DNA from: Flectonema sp. DT1601
Lineage: Eukaryota
Assembly: GCA_964019425.1 (NCBI GenBank)
Contig: OZ025799.1
Coordinates: forward strand, 868,001 to 932,000
DNA length: 64,000 bases
Direction: 5' to 3'
Notes under the pieces: generated by a model
Database searches by the model: none
The model's input: only the letters and a program-made list of their open reading frames with translations
Told to the model about the DNA's origin: nothing
Translations under genes and position numbers: made by a program
Shown here: positions 15,001-27,520 of the stretch, piece by piece
Numbering within the stretch: position 1 is the first letter of the stretch
How the letters are laid out: the number at the start of each line of letters is the position of its first letter

Positions 15001-18000
15001 CCCACATCGGCTGAACGTACCTCTATGAGTATCAGTTGCACTGTACACACTTGAAAAATAACGAGATTGTATTCCAATGTTAATGAGTTCTCCTCCGCTA
15101 TCATCACATGCAGCAGTGTCTGATAAGATTAGTTGTTGTATTGATGATGGTGTATCTGATCCAATTAGAATGCTGATGGTGTGATCTTCAAGTTGTGATG
15201 CTTTCTTAGCAGTTTTTAACATAAAAATAATATCGTTAACGGAGTATGTTGTGTGGATGACAATGGTTGCATCAAATTGAGTTTCGAAGTATTCTTGAAG
15301 ACGTGTGAGTTTATTATTTGATACCCCAGTAGATGACCTTGTGTAAAATATTACACAAAGCGAACTGTCTAATTTGAATTCTATTGGCAGTACTGAAATT
15401 CCATTACCTTCGGCAAAGTATCGAACTCGGTTTCCACTGTGATCAGCACCAATGTCAATTATCACATTACTACATGATGCGAACTGGTCCAGTGAAGGGC
15501 GTATTGGTAGTTGATGTAGTAGATGGTGTTTGTGATGTAATTCATCTATTTCAGTCCAAACAGATTTAATTTTTTCATGAACTATTTTTCTTTCAATAAA
15601 TATTTTATGAAGTAAATGTCGAGTGTCATCTCGCAATCCCTTTTTGAATAACCCTTCCCTCCTCTCTTCTAATTCTCGTTGTTGATATTCAACTCTTTGA
15701 TCTTTTAATAAAAGGTCATCCTGGGACTGTAACAATGATGTTAGTCTGTGCATGATGGGTTCGTCAATTTCTTGATTTTTTGAGTACTCGTCAAATTGTG
15801 GACTAGAAAACACCCAACCTAACGAACCTGAACAAATACCATGAACACCACATCCCAAGGGACACTTCTCTTCGTATGTTACCAGTAAGAAGTATCTTAA
15901 AGTTGAGCCCTCTTTAAGTTCGAGATCAATCATAAAGGAACCATCAATTTGTTGAACAGGTGATGGTGTGAAGGTATTACATGATGCGGTTTTCTCAAAT
16001 GAGGATACACTAATTTTACAACTTGTCTTCTCTAACGTGTATGGATGTGTTTCTGATGATGATGTATCCCCTGCACGAAGATCAATTGATCCAACACCTG
16101 CTACTAATTCTAAAGAGATGTCCATGTCACTACACATTTCGTATGTGAAGGGTCCGAGTTCGATTGGAACTCCTCGTGAGATAGTTCCGTAAAAAGGTTT
16201 TCTTGTTCGGACTTTTTCACGACAGCCTCCGTCAGCCATCCAACCAGGGACACATTCATCACAAGTATCACCCTGCCAGTATCCGAGTGAACCGTCTTCC
16301 ATGCTGTCCATTCCAAAACAGGCACAGAAACAGGCACCAGAAACATCACCAGAGTCACACATGATACCAGTAGCAAGATCACGACATTCACCATTCCAGC
16401 AGAGCTCACCGTTACATTTCGACTTTGAGCAGTCAGTTCCAAAATATAGATCGTCACAAATACAACTTCCGTTACCAGAAGCTCCGTCGTAACAAAGTCC
16501 TGACCCACTACAAACTTCTACTGACCCGTCAGGTAATACTTCCATACCTGGACAACTCTTAGAACAATCAGAACTAGCGTATCCTTCATCACATGTACAT
16601 GTTCCTGAACCAGTGAATCCATCTGAACAGTTCCCGTGTCCAAAACATATTACCCAATCATCTAACAGGTCAGGTCTTATAGCGATGCCATTCCCACTAG
16701 TTGGAACTTTAGTGGTGTCAATTGGGCATTGTTTGTCACAGAAGGTACCAAAATATCCCTTTAAACAAGAACAATATTCACTACTATCAGGTACTACAGT
16801 TGGTGATGGAGTCGATGGTGTGTTTGTTGACATAACACTTGGGGGAGAACCAGCTGGTGGTGGAGCTGCTGCTGGTGGAGGTCCCGCAGGAGGACCAGCA
16901 GCTGGAGCTGGACCTGCAGGTGCGGCTGCCAGCACCTCAATGGATCTATCAAGAGTTTTAGAAACACATTTACCATAACTACATGGGTAACCATTATGAC
17001 ATGTTGTCTCATTACAGAGAGTTCCTTTATACACAACTGTGGAGTTAGCTTTACAAGTACGACATTGTGGTTCTTGCCAATATCCATGTGTAGTATTAGC
17101 ATAACATCCAAGTGCTGGTTGACCTTCTACTTGTACAGCATCTATTGGAGTGTATGTGTTTTGAATTGGTATTAAAGATATTTTTATCCAGGAGATCGGC
17201 TCATCAAATCCATTTAATACAACACTCGTTGGTGTGTTTTCACAAGAAGGTGGGGGGAGATCACAATAACTTTTACAAGGAGATGAAAATATTCCAGGAG
17301 CGTTACTCGCTTTTAAAAAATCAGTTCCAGGGAGCGACCAACTGTACTCAACACACTCTCCAACAAGACACCATCCTCCTTTAGGATCACCATCAGGATT
17401 TCTACAGAAAGAATGATCTCCAAGTCCGTCAGCCTTTGCTGAATATTCACCAAGCAATTCCAATACTTGCTTTCCATCACGATAACCTGATGATACCAAA
17501 TAGGGATGCGCTGCAGGAAAAGCTGTTGACCATTTTTGACACTTCGATCCCTCTGAGGATATATTTATAGTTCCTCTGTAATCCATATCTGGAGCAAACG
17601 GAACTGCATAATCAGGTGAAGGATGGTGTCTTTCCAAAGCATCAGGATCTTTGTTATTGTATATAACAGTTTTTATAGCACAGTCCCAGGTAATGTCTCC
17701 TTTGTAGCAGGCTGATGATTTTGGTGTAGGGCTTTTTTTTAGAATTTTTGAGCCGACAGTTATGTGATTGATCCTTCCTTTAGCTGAACCTTCATCAAGT
17801 ATCGTTATTTTTGATGCGTTTATAATTGGTTGGGCGAGTTGAATTACTATTTCGTGAGGTTCAATGACAAGTGGATTGGGATACCAAGCATTTGAAGATT
17901 TCTCTCCGACAGAGCTATACCAATTACAGCGATAGCCTCCTTCCATTCCTTCTAACCAAGTTGGTCTTCCTAATATCTTAGTCTCAGATCCTAACACGTC

Positions 18001-18132
18001 ATCCTCTGACGAAACACTTGCTATGCTTGCTGCATAGGCGATTGTGGCTTCTGCTCGCTCTCCGTTGTATTGAACTGTTCCTGTAGTGAATTCCACACAT
18101 ATCGATAATACTAATACCAGTAGTCTTGTCAT
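1..18132 (-). CDS. Giant secreted/cell-surface cysteine-rich mosaic protein (>=6,021 aa, 3'-incomplete): signal peptide, pappalysin/F5-8-like beta-sandwich, kringle, many laminin/tenascin-type EGF modules, PAN- and CUB-like segments, WP[FHY]T repeats, C-type lectin, two IPT/TIG domains. Exons 18132..2118 and 2048..<1
   Basis: 5352-aa ORF with N-terminal hydrophobic MTRLLVLVLSIC. Kringle motifs DYRGT..CQKW..HSFCRNPDGDPKGGWC; repeated CxxHGxC...CxCxxGYWxGxxCxxC; CTL motif CGEGWMYYNEYCY..WIDL. Removing the GT-AG intron 2049..2117 joins GLRG|ASQSAV in frame. Spot-checked stretches of that frame have no stop and the ORF track shows none before position 1; they encode IPT-like YNPNVVDGTGGTIVLVRGKGF..CKFG. 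Confidence 0.9.
2049..2117 (-). other. Spliceosomal intron (69 nt) in the giant gene
   Basis: GTATGT...CCTACAACAG; removal restores the reading frame. Confidence 0.9.
7470..8775 (-). repeat. Coding tandem repeat array, WP[F/H/Y]T-Gly/Pro-rich; GC-rich near-identical core at about 7840-8330
   Basis: Units such as GAPSQGGGMSSWPFT and GAPDQGGGGFWPFT; the DNA unit ggccaggaactcattccaccaccctgacttggcgcacccg recurs almost exactly. Confidence 0.9.
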
Positions 18133-18499
18133 ACTTTGGGCCTCACCCTCTTGAGAGGTGCCCTTTCAGTGAAATGACGACTCCAATAATTTGGTGTAAC
18201 TGTAGGCAAACAAAAAAAAGTTAATACAAAAAAAAAAAAAAAAAAAATTAACAATAGCAATGGTAGATTTCCGTGTTTTCTCCATGTTTGGGCAAGTGAA
18301 TAGGAGTGAAGGAAAAATCGAACCACTACCGTAAATATCAAAAGTAAAAAAGAGAAAAAACTGATATCAAAAGCAAGGTATGCTGTTTCTTTCCTCCTTG
18401 AATAATCTTTTTTCAGTACTCTGATGCAGTAGCAAGAACACTAGTGATCGATATATTTGATGATTTGAACCGTACAGTAAAAAGGGCAGCCAATACAAA

Positions 18500-19546
18500 C
18501 TAATTCGTAAGAAAGTAATCGTCTAGGGTTTTGATACCATTTATCTGTGTTTGGGTTTGTGTTTTTTTTTTTTTTTTTTTTTTTTTGAAATTCTAACAAG
18601 AGGAAAAATATCATACCACTTTTTGAATTGACGATCTGTGAACAAGAAGTGGCATTACGACCACATCAGTCGATGCCTCCGCATCAAGAACCCAACGTTT
18701 AACTGCAATGTCTGGTACACGGTTACGAAAATAAAATATTTCTTCAGCTCTCGTGAATAAAGTATTTTCCTCATTAATAGCTAACTGTTGCTCCCCAGCA
18801 TTTGAACGTTTTGTTGACGCTGCTGGTTTTTTCATCGCCCGCTGTTTATTTTTCATCCTTTCGAGTGCTTCTATTTTTTCAACTTCCTTATCAGCGTTCA
18901 TTCTAACTTTTGACATAATTAAAAAATATTCAAATTTTGGATAATTTGAATTGTCTTTCTCGAACTCAATTAATTCCTCGAACATGTTCACGTGAAGCTG
19001 AGCACCTACTTCGCTTGGAATGTTTACGACTCGTTCATTAACTATTAAAGCAACTGGATGGTTTTTTAATGCCTCAGGAGTCAACATTGATGAGATGTCC
19101 CCCTTATGAACCTCTTCAGTTGTTGCACTTGATCGAAGTTTTTGAAGTAGCGTTTGCATTCCCTGAGAGGAATTATCAACAAGGCAAACGATTGATAGAG
19201 CTCCGTAGACGTCGTGTTTGTCATTTCCAAGATCAACGTTTGGTTCGTCTTGTTGTGGGATTTTAATAATGCTGGTGATAGGTGATTGAAGCATTGGTGT
19301 AATAAAGTCATCCATCATTATCATCCAGTCTGCTGGTACCCATTTTTGAAGTGAATGAAAAACACCATCAGAATCACTTTCTTCCATCACGTTGACATCA
19401 AAATCAACTAATTGTTGCTCATCTCCTTCATGAATGTCAGCTCCAGTGTCTTCAATCTCATCGTCTTCTTCCATTTCCAAATCACTCTCTTCAGACTCTT
19501 CGTGTATTTCAGCGACTTCAGCGGCTGGTCTCTTTCTGCCTCCCAT
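18500..19546 (-). CDS. BCP1: BCP1/BCCIP-family protein (Rpl23 chaperone), about 324 aa; exons 19546..18617 and 18544..18500
   Basis: Acidic N-terminus, VDFD, DVYGALSIVCL, ALIVNERVVNIPSEV..LH, FEYFLIMSK and FTRAEEIF resemble BCCIP motifs. Intron 18545..18616 (GTATGA..ACACAG) gives the C-terminus QKV|INGIKTLDDYFLTN*. The likely start is MGGRKRP. Confidence 0.8.
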
Positions 19547-19867
19547 GTTTGTTGTTGGTATGAGTCTTGTTTTTTCTGATAATAAAAATATTAAATTAAA
19601 TTGTAATGACAAAAAGGGAAAAAAAAGAAAACACAAAACGCGACATCAAATTATTGGGCAAACAGGTCATCTGTCAAAAGAATCGATTGCAGACGATTTT
19701 TTTTTTTTTTTTTTTTAGTACAAACACAACTCTCCAAAAATAACGAACGAAACAAAACTTCAAATAAAAACCTACTTCCCGTATAAACGATAAACTTCAT
19801 TAGTTTATTCATCACTACGATGGGATGGTACATCCAACAGGAACCGATCGGATATCAAAAGAAACTT

Positions 19868-21081
19868 CTATGTTGGGTACTCCCCACCTGCAAAGACTTC
19901 TGACCGATCATCTATCACTATGCAGGTAACAGGCTTATGGTGACAATTAAAACAGACTAAGTCAACCCCCTTTTCAATGTCCCATAACTTACCTGAATTA
20001 TCACTCGATGCTGTTACCAGATGCTTTCCGTCTCCACTAAAGGCACAGTCCCAAACCCATCTAAAATGCCCTTGAAGAGATTTGTAACAAGTCCAAGGTT
20101 TATTTGGTTCATCACAATCAGAGGTATGCCACAACCCTACGGTATAATCAGCGCTGCAGGTTGCTAATAGTTTTGCATCGGGGCTCAGGGCACACTTTAG
20201 GATATACTGTTTTTGTGTTTATAATAATGATGGGACCTTGTACAAAAAAAAAAAAAGAAAAAAAAAAATTTCACTGCTAAAAGCTTCTGGAGAAGTTGAC
20301 AATAAGAAATATCTGCCTTCGATCCAAATAGATTCCTCGATACAGAAAAATAAGTGGAAACACTGATTTGATGAAGAAAAAAATGAATACAAACCTTATT
20401 ATGTGCTTTGAATGTATGCATAAGGATTAACTTGTATTTCTTGTGACGGGGTTCTCCATCTGAGGTTTCCTTGTCTGCTTCAGAATTTTCAACTTCAACG
20501 AGTTTCATAGCGAAGACTTCACCGCTGTTGTTTGCTGCACAAATTAGTCCCCCTGGTTGTTGACTGGCAGCGACTGTACGAATTCCTACATCTCCAGCAG
20601 GAGTTAGATCAAATGGCTCATCATTTGACTTACTGTTCCAAAGAGAAACTCTTCCCATTTGATCACCACTTACGATGGTACACTGATCAGGACAGAGTGC
20701 CATTGAATTCACGGATGCTTTGACGTCAAACTTCTTCTTCATCGCCATAGTTCTCGTGTCCCAAATCTTTATCATTCCATCCTCACTGGCTGAGAGAAGA
20801 TATTTTCCATCCTTTAAATAAACTAAACTTGTAATATTCCCCGCATGTGACTCGATAGTACTCGCAGGTACTTGTAGTGTGGCACTCAAATCGTAGAGTC
20901 TAATGTGTTTGTTTCCTCCAGCTGCTAGGTATGCTCTATCAGGACTGATACACATGCAATTGACTTGTGAGTCTTGAAAATTTAATGTTCGCATGCAGAT
21001 ACCACTCGGGGCCTCCCAAAACCTGATTGTACGATCATACGATGCGGTAGCTAACAGTACCGGAGGTGGTTTTCGTTGCAT
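19868..21081 (-). CDS. LST8: TOR complex subunit LST8 (WD40), about 341 aa; exons 21081..20395 and 20206..19868
   Basis: VLLATASYDRTIRFWEAPSGIC..DSQVN; HNK|YILKCALSPDAKLLATCSAD across intron 20207..20394 (GTTTGT..AAAACAG); GHFRWVWDCAFS. These are hallmark LST8 motifs. Confidence 0.93.
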
Positions 21082-21591
21082 TGTTTATTGTGTTTGCTGT
21101 TGGGGGGTGATGATTTATTTATTGGGTTTATTATCACGATTCCCTTCTTCTTAAGATCCCTATTTTTTTTTTTCTTGTTGTCCTGCATTGAAATAACTAC
21201 AAAATAATTATATGAGAGAAACACTAATGCCACAAAACAATAATTAAAAAAAAAAAAAAAAAAAAAGAAATCCCACATCCAAGAAGGAGCGGGGGGGTAT
21301 ATCTAAGGTCGGTACGTGCGTGTGTTGGGTGCGTGTGTGGGAAAGCAATACTTCCAGTAAGTGTAAAGGTATGCTTCGACAGTATAAATCCGTAAGGATG
21401 AAAATTTAAAACAAAACAAAAAAATAAAATAAAAACCTTTTGAGGCACCCACGGCGCATCCCAAAACATTTTATTTTACTCGTGTTTTTAGGTCGGGAAA
21501 TTTTCTTTTTTTTTCCCGGTGTGTTCGCTCCACGTAAAAAAAAGTGATAGCGTCCGTGCATTCATTTTCAGTACCGAAGGAACTTCACAGG

Positions 21592-21935
21592 TATTTATTT
21601 ATTTATCGAAAGTCAGGGAAGCCACACCTCTGGCCAGTCATTCGCATTAGCGACATAGGTTTCCCAACAGAAGGTTAATACCATTAGTTTACTCCAGGGA
21701 ATCGTTTGGCACTACAATACACATTCCAACAGGAAAGTGGTACGATATAAAATCCGGTGTCTTAAGTATATCTTAGTAATTATTACGAGTATGTGATGTG
21801 TGTTGAAAGGAAAAAGTTGAAAGGAAAGGGAGCAGGACAACAAGTCTACGGCCGTGTACATGAAGACAACAACAACAAGTGGGGCAAGAGAATCTAAGGG
21901 AACGGAAGTATTTATTTATTTATCGAAGTCAGATG
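21592..21935 (-). repeat. Two (TAAA)n-tailed repeat ends, possibly retroposon 3' ends
   Basis: gtatttatttatttatcgaa(a)gtcag occurs at about 21591 and 21908; similar (ttta)n-gaag ends occur at about 61186 and 61420. Confidence 0.45.
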
Positions 21936-23028
21936 CCAAACCAGAATAGTGGGACATCAACAACAGTAACTTTAGTTAATATTTATAAATCAAGAGTCGC
22001 TGTAAACAGTTTCTACATTGATTGTAGTAATGAAACCTAAAGAGACACTAACTGCGAACACTCTTTATTCCAATTGTGGAGCACAAGTGCGTGAGAGAGC
22101 TCTGCTTTATATGAACTGCTTGCAAGCTCAAGATCCCAGAAATACATATATTAAAGCCGGAGACGTAAACATCACAAGGAAGATAGTGATTTTGCAGCTA
22201 GTGTTCTCAAGCTTTCATCAAGAGAGGAAAGTGAACGCCACAAAAAATGTTTTGCATCACTGTGTCGGTCGGTATGAGGAAGAAGATCAGGGAGGGAAAT
22301 GGAAGAATAATTAAAAAAAATAAAAATAAAAAGGCAGATTAAATCTGCGCCCCACATGGGGGAACGAGAGCTCCCACCCTAAGCACATCTGACAAATACG
22401 TTTCAACTTTTATTTTTTGCAGAGACGCATTAAATTAGATTCACAATAAACCTAAAGCCACGCATCAGTGCGCTGAAGCTATTTTCGTCAGAAGATTCTT
22501 TTTTTGGTATGGAAGCAGTGCATTTTCATTTCTGCTTTAAAAAAAAGAAAACAGGGGGAAAAAGACGAGTAAATGAAAGAACAGCTGCACACCGTGGGGA
22601 AAAAAAAAAAAAACTGAAGAAAAAATCCCACGTCGAAACCTTTATACTTGTGCAAAGAGGAAAATTCCGTCTACAGGCAGATACGCAAGTGTGTAAAAAA
22701 AAAACTCAACTCGTTTCTTAAATAAAAAGTTTGTTTAAGCTATTTGATTTTTTTTTTTTTCCCCATTCTCAGCTCCGAGTATAGTATAATTTTTTTTTTT
22801 TTTTTTATCAAAGTCGGAGAATTTGACCAAAAGTAGCAACCAAAGTAACGAACAGTTTGTCCTGATTTTCAAATAAGAAGATAAGGAGAGCATTGCGATG
22901 AATTTATGCAAGACCCCTACTAAAATAATAGATGCGGACTGCTTCGAAAACAATCGATTTCAACTACCAAGCTGCTTCTACCGGAAAGGATCAAAAAGAC
23001 TATCGGCCTGACGGCTATTTTCGATCCT

Positions 23029-23059
<31 letters not shown>

Positions 23060-24090
23060 TTGTGATTGGTTGAGTATTGAAAAGAGTACAAGCACTAAAA
23101 TGTTGTGAAGGAATAACCGTATATCAGACAACACTCGAATGCCTTGCTAACTTAAAGTCAAATCTATATAAATAGCTTCGTCTTGTTTTTTTTTCACCTA
23201 AAAGGCTCAACATGATATGTAATAAAAATAGTAAAGATAGTTCACTTGCAACAAAAAAAAAAATACATGACCTCAGCCGAACGTTTTTTTTCGGCTTTTT
23301 GAAAAAAGGTTTTTTTTTTTTTTTATTTGATGGTGAATTTATGTACTCAATTTCGATAAGGTAGGCAACAGGGTAAACAGTGTCAGCTTCAGCCATATCA
23401 ACTTTTGTTTATGTTTTTTTTTTTTTTTGATTGGCAAATCTGATTCGCATTCTTCCTAGAAAGGAGAAATTGATATTTTGTGTTTTATAGTTTTAAATAA
23501 CTCTATTGTTAAACACAAGAAAAAAAAAGAAGAAAAAAACGAAAGAGGGGGAAAAAATGAAAAGGGAAAGAACGAATTCTCCTCCATGACGCTAAAAAAA
23601 TCAAAAAAATCAAAAAAATTGTTTGCGGTCTACGGACAGGTGAGTTGGTACTTAACTTTTGATTGAATTTTTGCATCATCAAAAAACACAAAAAAAAAAG
23701 GGGGGGAGAACAACAATGTTCTTCATACGCCAATATAAGAAACTTTGCAAGGAAAAAATAGATCCTTTTTTTTTTTTTTTTTCAGATTTACTTCTTTTTT
23801 TTTTTTTTTTTTTTTTTGCTGTTTTGAAAAACTAAATCCAATAAACAACACAAAAAGGGTTTTGGGTTGAAAACTTACATTGCCAAAATCCAGTACTACA
23901 CCAACAGTTCAAACGGAATGACCTGTGGAGTACTGGCGCGTCCCTACAGAAAACAGTAGATTGGAGGGAAGAGAAGATATCGATGTGTAAAGAGCCGCAA
24001 GGATAGGAGGCTACTAGCCCATAAAACTATTACTCGCTTGATATAACAGACCGGTGGCTCTGTTATTAAATTATGACAAGTTAGAACTTG

Positions 24091-24179
24091 AGTTTGCTAG
24101 TCAGTCGAGTCCAGCAAGCCACCGAGTACCAGTTAAGTGGACGCTCAAAGAGAACCGCGGGGATCCCCAATACTACGGT
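24091..24179 (-). repeat. Degenerate copy of the (CTAA)n-tailed repeat family
   Basis: tagtcagtcgagtccagcaagccaccgagtacc..gacgctcaaagag..ccccaatact matches 48580-48665. Confidence 0.7.
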
Positions 24180-24611
24180 GAAGGATCATTTTGTTGCAAA
24201 AAAAGTCAGTAACACAGCCATGGGAACGAATTGTTTTGCTTCCGACAAGTTTTACTTGTTGAATACAAAAAATAGGGGAAAAAATTATCTTCATGCGTGT
24301 GTCGTTAACATTGGTTGGTTAGTTCTCAAAAGAAATTCCCTCACAAACTCATGCCGAGTGATGCCGTGTAAGAAACCAAAATCAGGGTAGAGAGAGCAAA
24401 AAAAAGAAATGACGGGAAACCATCACAAGCGGCAAACTGAGTATAGAAAAACGTTTACGTAAATTTAAAAAAGAGAGTACCCTACGATCAAATGGAGGAT
24501 TGTTTTTTAGATGAGAATATCAACAAGCATATCATCTTGTTGTGATGTAAAGAATTCATCAAAATTACTTCAATCGCGGATACTCTCCCCCATAGGGATA
24601 TGTCTGTTTTG

Positions 24612-24643
<32 letters not shown>

Positions 24644-27089
24644 AACAATTTTGTATGTAACACTGAAAATAAAATCTATGTGACTAATTAAATGCCTCAC
24701 GTCAGCTGTTCTAAAAAAACAGAGATTTAGCTGCCCATATTTAAAGGGTCCTTTTTTTTTTTTTTTTTTCAAATATCAAAGTGGGCCTTTTTTTTTTTTT
24801 TTTTTGAGAGGCAAATCGAATGAGGGAGAAATTAATTCTGGGTAACTTGCCTTTACTAGCAGTTCAGAATTAAGAGAGGAAAATGACATTATAAAACGCA
24901 AATGGGAGTGTGAGAGAGGGAGAAAGGGGAAAAAAAAAAAAGAAAATACTAGGGATCTCGATATTTTATTTTCTTGTTTCGAAAATAGCGGAGCTTGCAG
25001 AAGGAAGAGTCACACTCTTTTAGGTAGTGTTCCCTCAACCTTAAAAAACGGAAATATAAATAGCAAGAAACAGATTTCTTTTTTTTTTTCACCCATTTCG
25101 GTATCTATTTATAGATTCAAAAAAAGCAGAATGTAATCTAGAAGACAAGCCCAACAGGAAAAACAATAACGATCCCGTCGCAAAAAATAAAAATAAAAAT
25201 AAAAATAAAATAGCACCAGACATAACAGAAATACTTTTTTACCAAAACTACACTGATCTTATTTGGGGAGGTGAACAAAGTGGGGAGGTGCATAATAAAA
25301 ATAAAAACATAGAGGCAGAAAATATGTAGATAACTTTTTTTACTTACAACATATCAAGTAACAACAGCCTCAATGCTTGCATTATAAACACAAAAAGAAG
25401 TAAGAAATTAGACGGTCATGCGTCAGTAGATGTTTAATTCACAATGGTTGAAGCGATTGTTAGCCTTGCTTTTGTAAGATCATTGATTGTAAAAAAACGC
25501 CAACTTAGTTGCGTGTAAGAACAAAAAATCGTGTAGAACAGGCCGACGGCCTAAAACGTATCAATAAAAAAAAAATAAAAAAAAAACCATACTGCAAACG
25601 GGCGCTCCACCAACTGAACCATCCAACCATACTCGAAGTGGTATGATATGAATTATTAGAGGGGATGTGGTCTCAATAAAACCCACCCTCCGGGCCTCAA
25701 TCTTGAGCAGTTCATAGCGGTAGTGTTTCCCTAGTAACAATATGTACTGGTAGTAAAGGGTAGTAAAGTGGAAAAAAAAAAAAAAAAAATGTAAGTTCCA
25801 AATTAAGAACTTAATAAACATAACAACTGGTAAAAAAAAGAAAAAATAAATAAAAAATGGAAATTTTGCATTCGGCAAAAAAACTCCAGAGACTAACTAT
25901 ACACCGCAACTAAACTATAAAAAAAAGAAATGGTAATATGATTATGATAGCCAAACCAACAGGTCGATTGATAGGGTAAGTGGTTGGAAACACTAAAAGA
26001 GAAAAGAAAAGAGAAAGATTGGATTCTTAACTATCAAAATGTAGTACAAGCGATGACATCAGATTTGCTTACAAAGAGACGACTGAATTTAAAAAAAACT
26101 GTGTGAGAAGACGAAAAAACACAGCAGTTGGAATATTACACAGCCTTGTTAACCGGAAATGAGTTTCCCCGGTTCAAGGTTACAACCAAACAAGGGGTTT
26201 CATACTGTAAAAAAATTCCGAACAACACTATTGCTGTGTTCTAATGAATATAACAAGAAAGAAGCTTGCGTACGCTTGAGGAGTATAATGAAAAAACGAA
26301 GACAAAAGCGCGTTGAGGAACACATTACGTTTTTTTTTACAAAAAAAAACACCAAAACGCAACGCGGCATGCGCAAAACCTTTCGGACGCACAGCAGTCT
26401 TTCGCCTCAAACAAATATTTAAAAATAAATGAAAGAATAGTTTGCATAAGTAAATGCTGTGATGTAAAAAGACTTTACGGTAATCTGAAAACCCAGAGTG
26501 TGCAAAAGGTTAAGTTTCGAGCCCTTGTTGATCAAGAACGAAGAGGGAAAAAAGAATCCTACGTTTTTTTTAATATCGTGCAAACACAACACCACCTCAA
26601 AAAGCTAACAAAAGGAAAACGGGTGAAATTCTCTCTGAAACGATTCTGGTTCTTCGAAATAATGGAATTCGGAAGGGAAAAAAGTAAAAAAAGACCGCTG
26701 ACTACAATAAGAATAAAGAGGGAAAAAAAAGGAAAACACCTACAAACCGAATTCGATTTTTTTTAGCATTTTTTAAGAAAGATAAGTCTGATAAGTTTAC
26801 GATATTCGAATGTAGTTTGAAGAGAATAACAAAATGAAAAAAAAAAAAAAAAAAAAATGAAAAAACGAGAAACGCAAAAAAAAGGTTTTTAAGTGGAATA
26901 CCGACCCGTTAAAATGAAACCGACTCGATGTAAATATATAGCAGTACCTGCCTGCCCTCCTAATGTCTGTAACATGTGTAAGTAAGTTTATCACAGCCGA
27001 TGACTTTGCATCTGCTCAGGTTGGGTATTAAGAATTGAGCTTCACCTAGTAAAAACTACTTTTTTTTTTTTTTTTTTTTTTGGTCTTCT

Positions 27090-27520
27090 TCCTTTTGTAA
27101 ATGCCGCTAAGCACAGTACATTAATTAATTAAGTGAAGGCGTAACCACACATGGTGTAGTATGTTTGGATTCGTTCTGAGAAGAAAGTATGAGCAACAAG
27201 AATAAGACTCAAGTTCAACGAGTGGACTCGTATAAAGCCGATGTGAGGCTGACATACTAAGTTATGGTTTTAAAGTTTTATTTTCTTGCAAGTTTTTAGT
27301 TTTTTTTTCTTCTTTTGTAGATGCCGCTAGGCATAATACATAATTTGAGGTGAAGGCGTAACCACACCATAGTGTAGTATGTTTATATTCGTTCTAAAGA
27401 AAGGATGGGTACAAGAATAAGAGTCAAGTTCAACGAGTGGACTCGTCTAAAAGCCGATATGAGGCTAGCATACTAAGCTTACGGTTTTAAAAGAAAAAAG
27501 AAATTCTTGCAAGTTTTTAG
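27090..27520 (+). repeat. Diverged tandem duplication, two units of about 220 bp, with conserved hairpins
   Basis: ttttgta(a/g)atgccgcta..gtgaaggcgtaaccacac..caagttcaacgagtggactcgt..ttcttgcaagtttttagt appears twice (about 27090-27300 and 27310-27520). Confidence 0.85.

Noticed and set aside
2424..17384. Short plus-strand and alternate-frame ORFs overlapping the giant gene
   Set aside because: Shadow ORFs of the long minus-strand CDS; no independent motifs.
22004..22020. acagtttctacattg resembling the euglenozoan spliced-leader 3' end
   Set aside because: Only about 9 nt match; no full SL exon, donor site or tandem array.
27101..27143. Twister-ribozyme-like start (AUGCC..UAA..CAC...GUG..GGCGU)
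   Set aside because: The conserved P4 loop and pseudoknot nucleotides are absent and the second copy does not keep the pattern.
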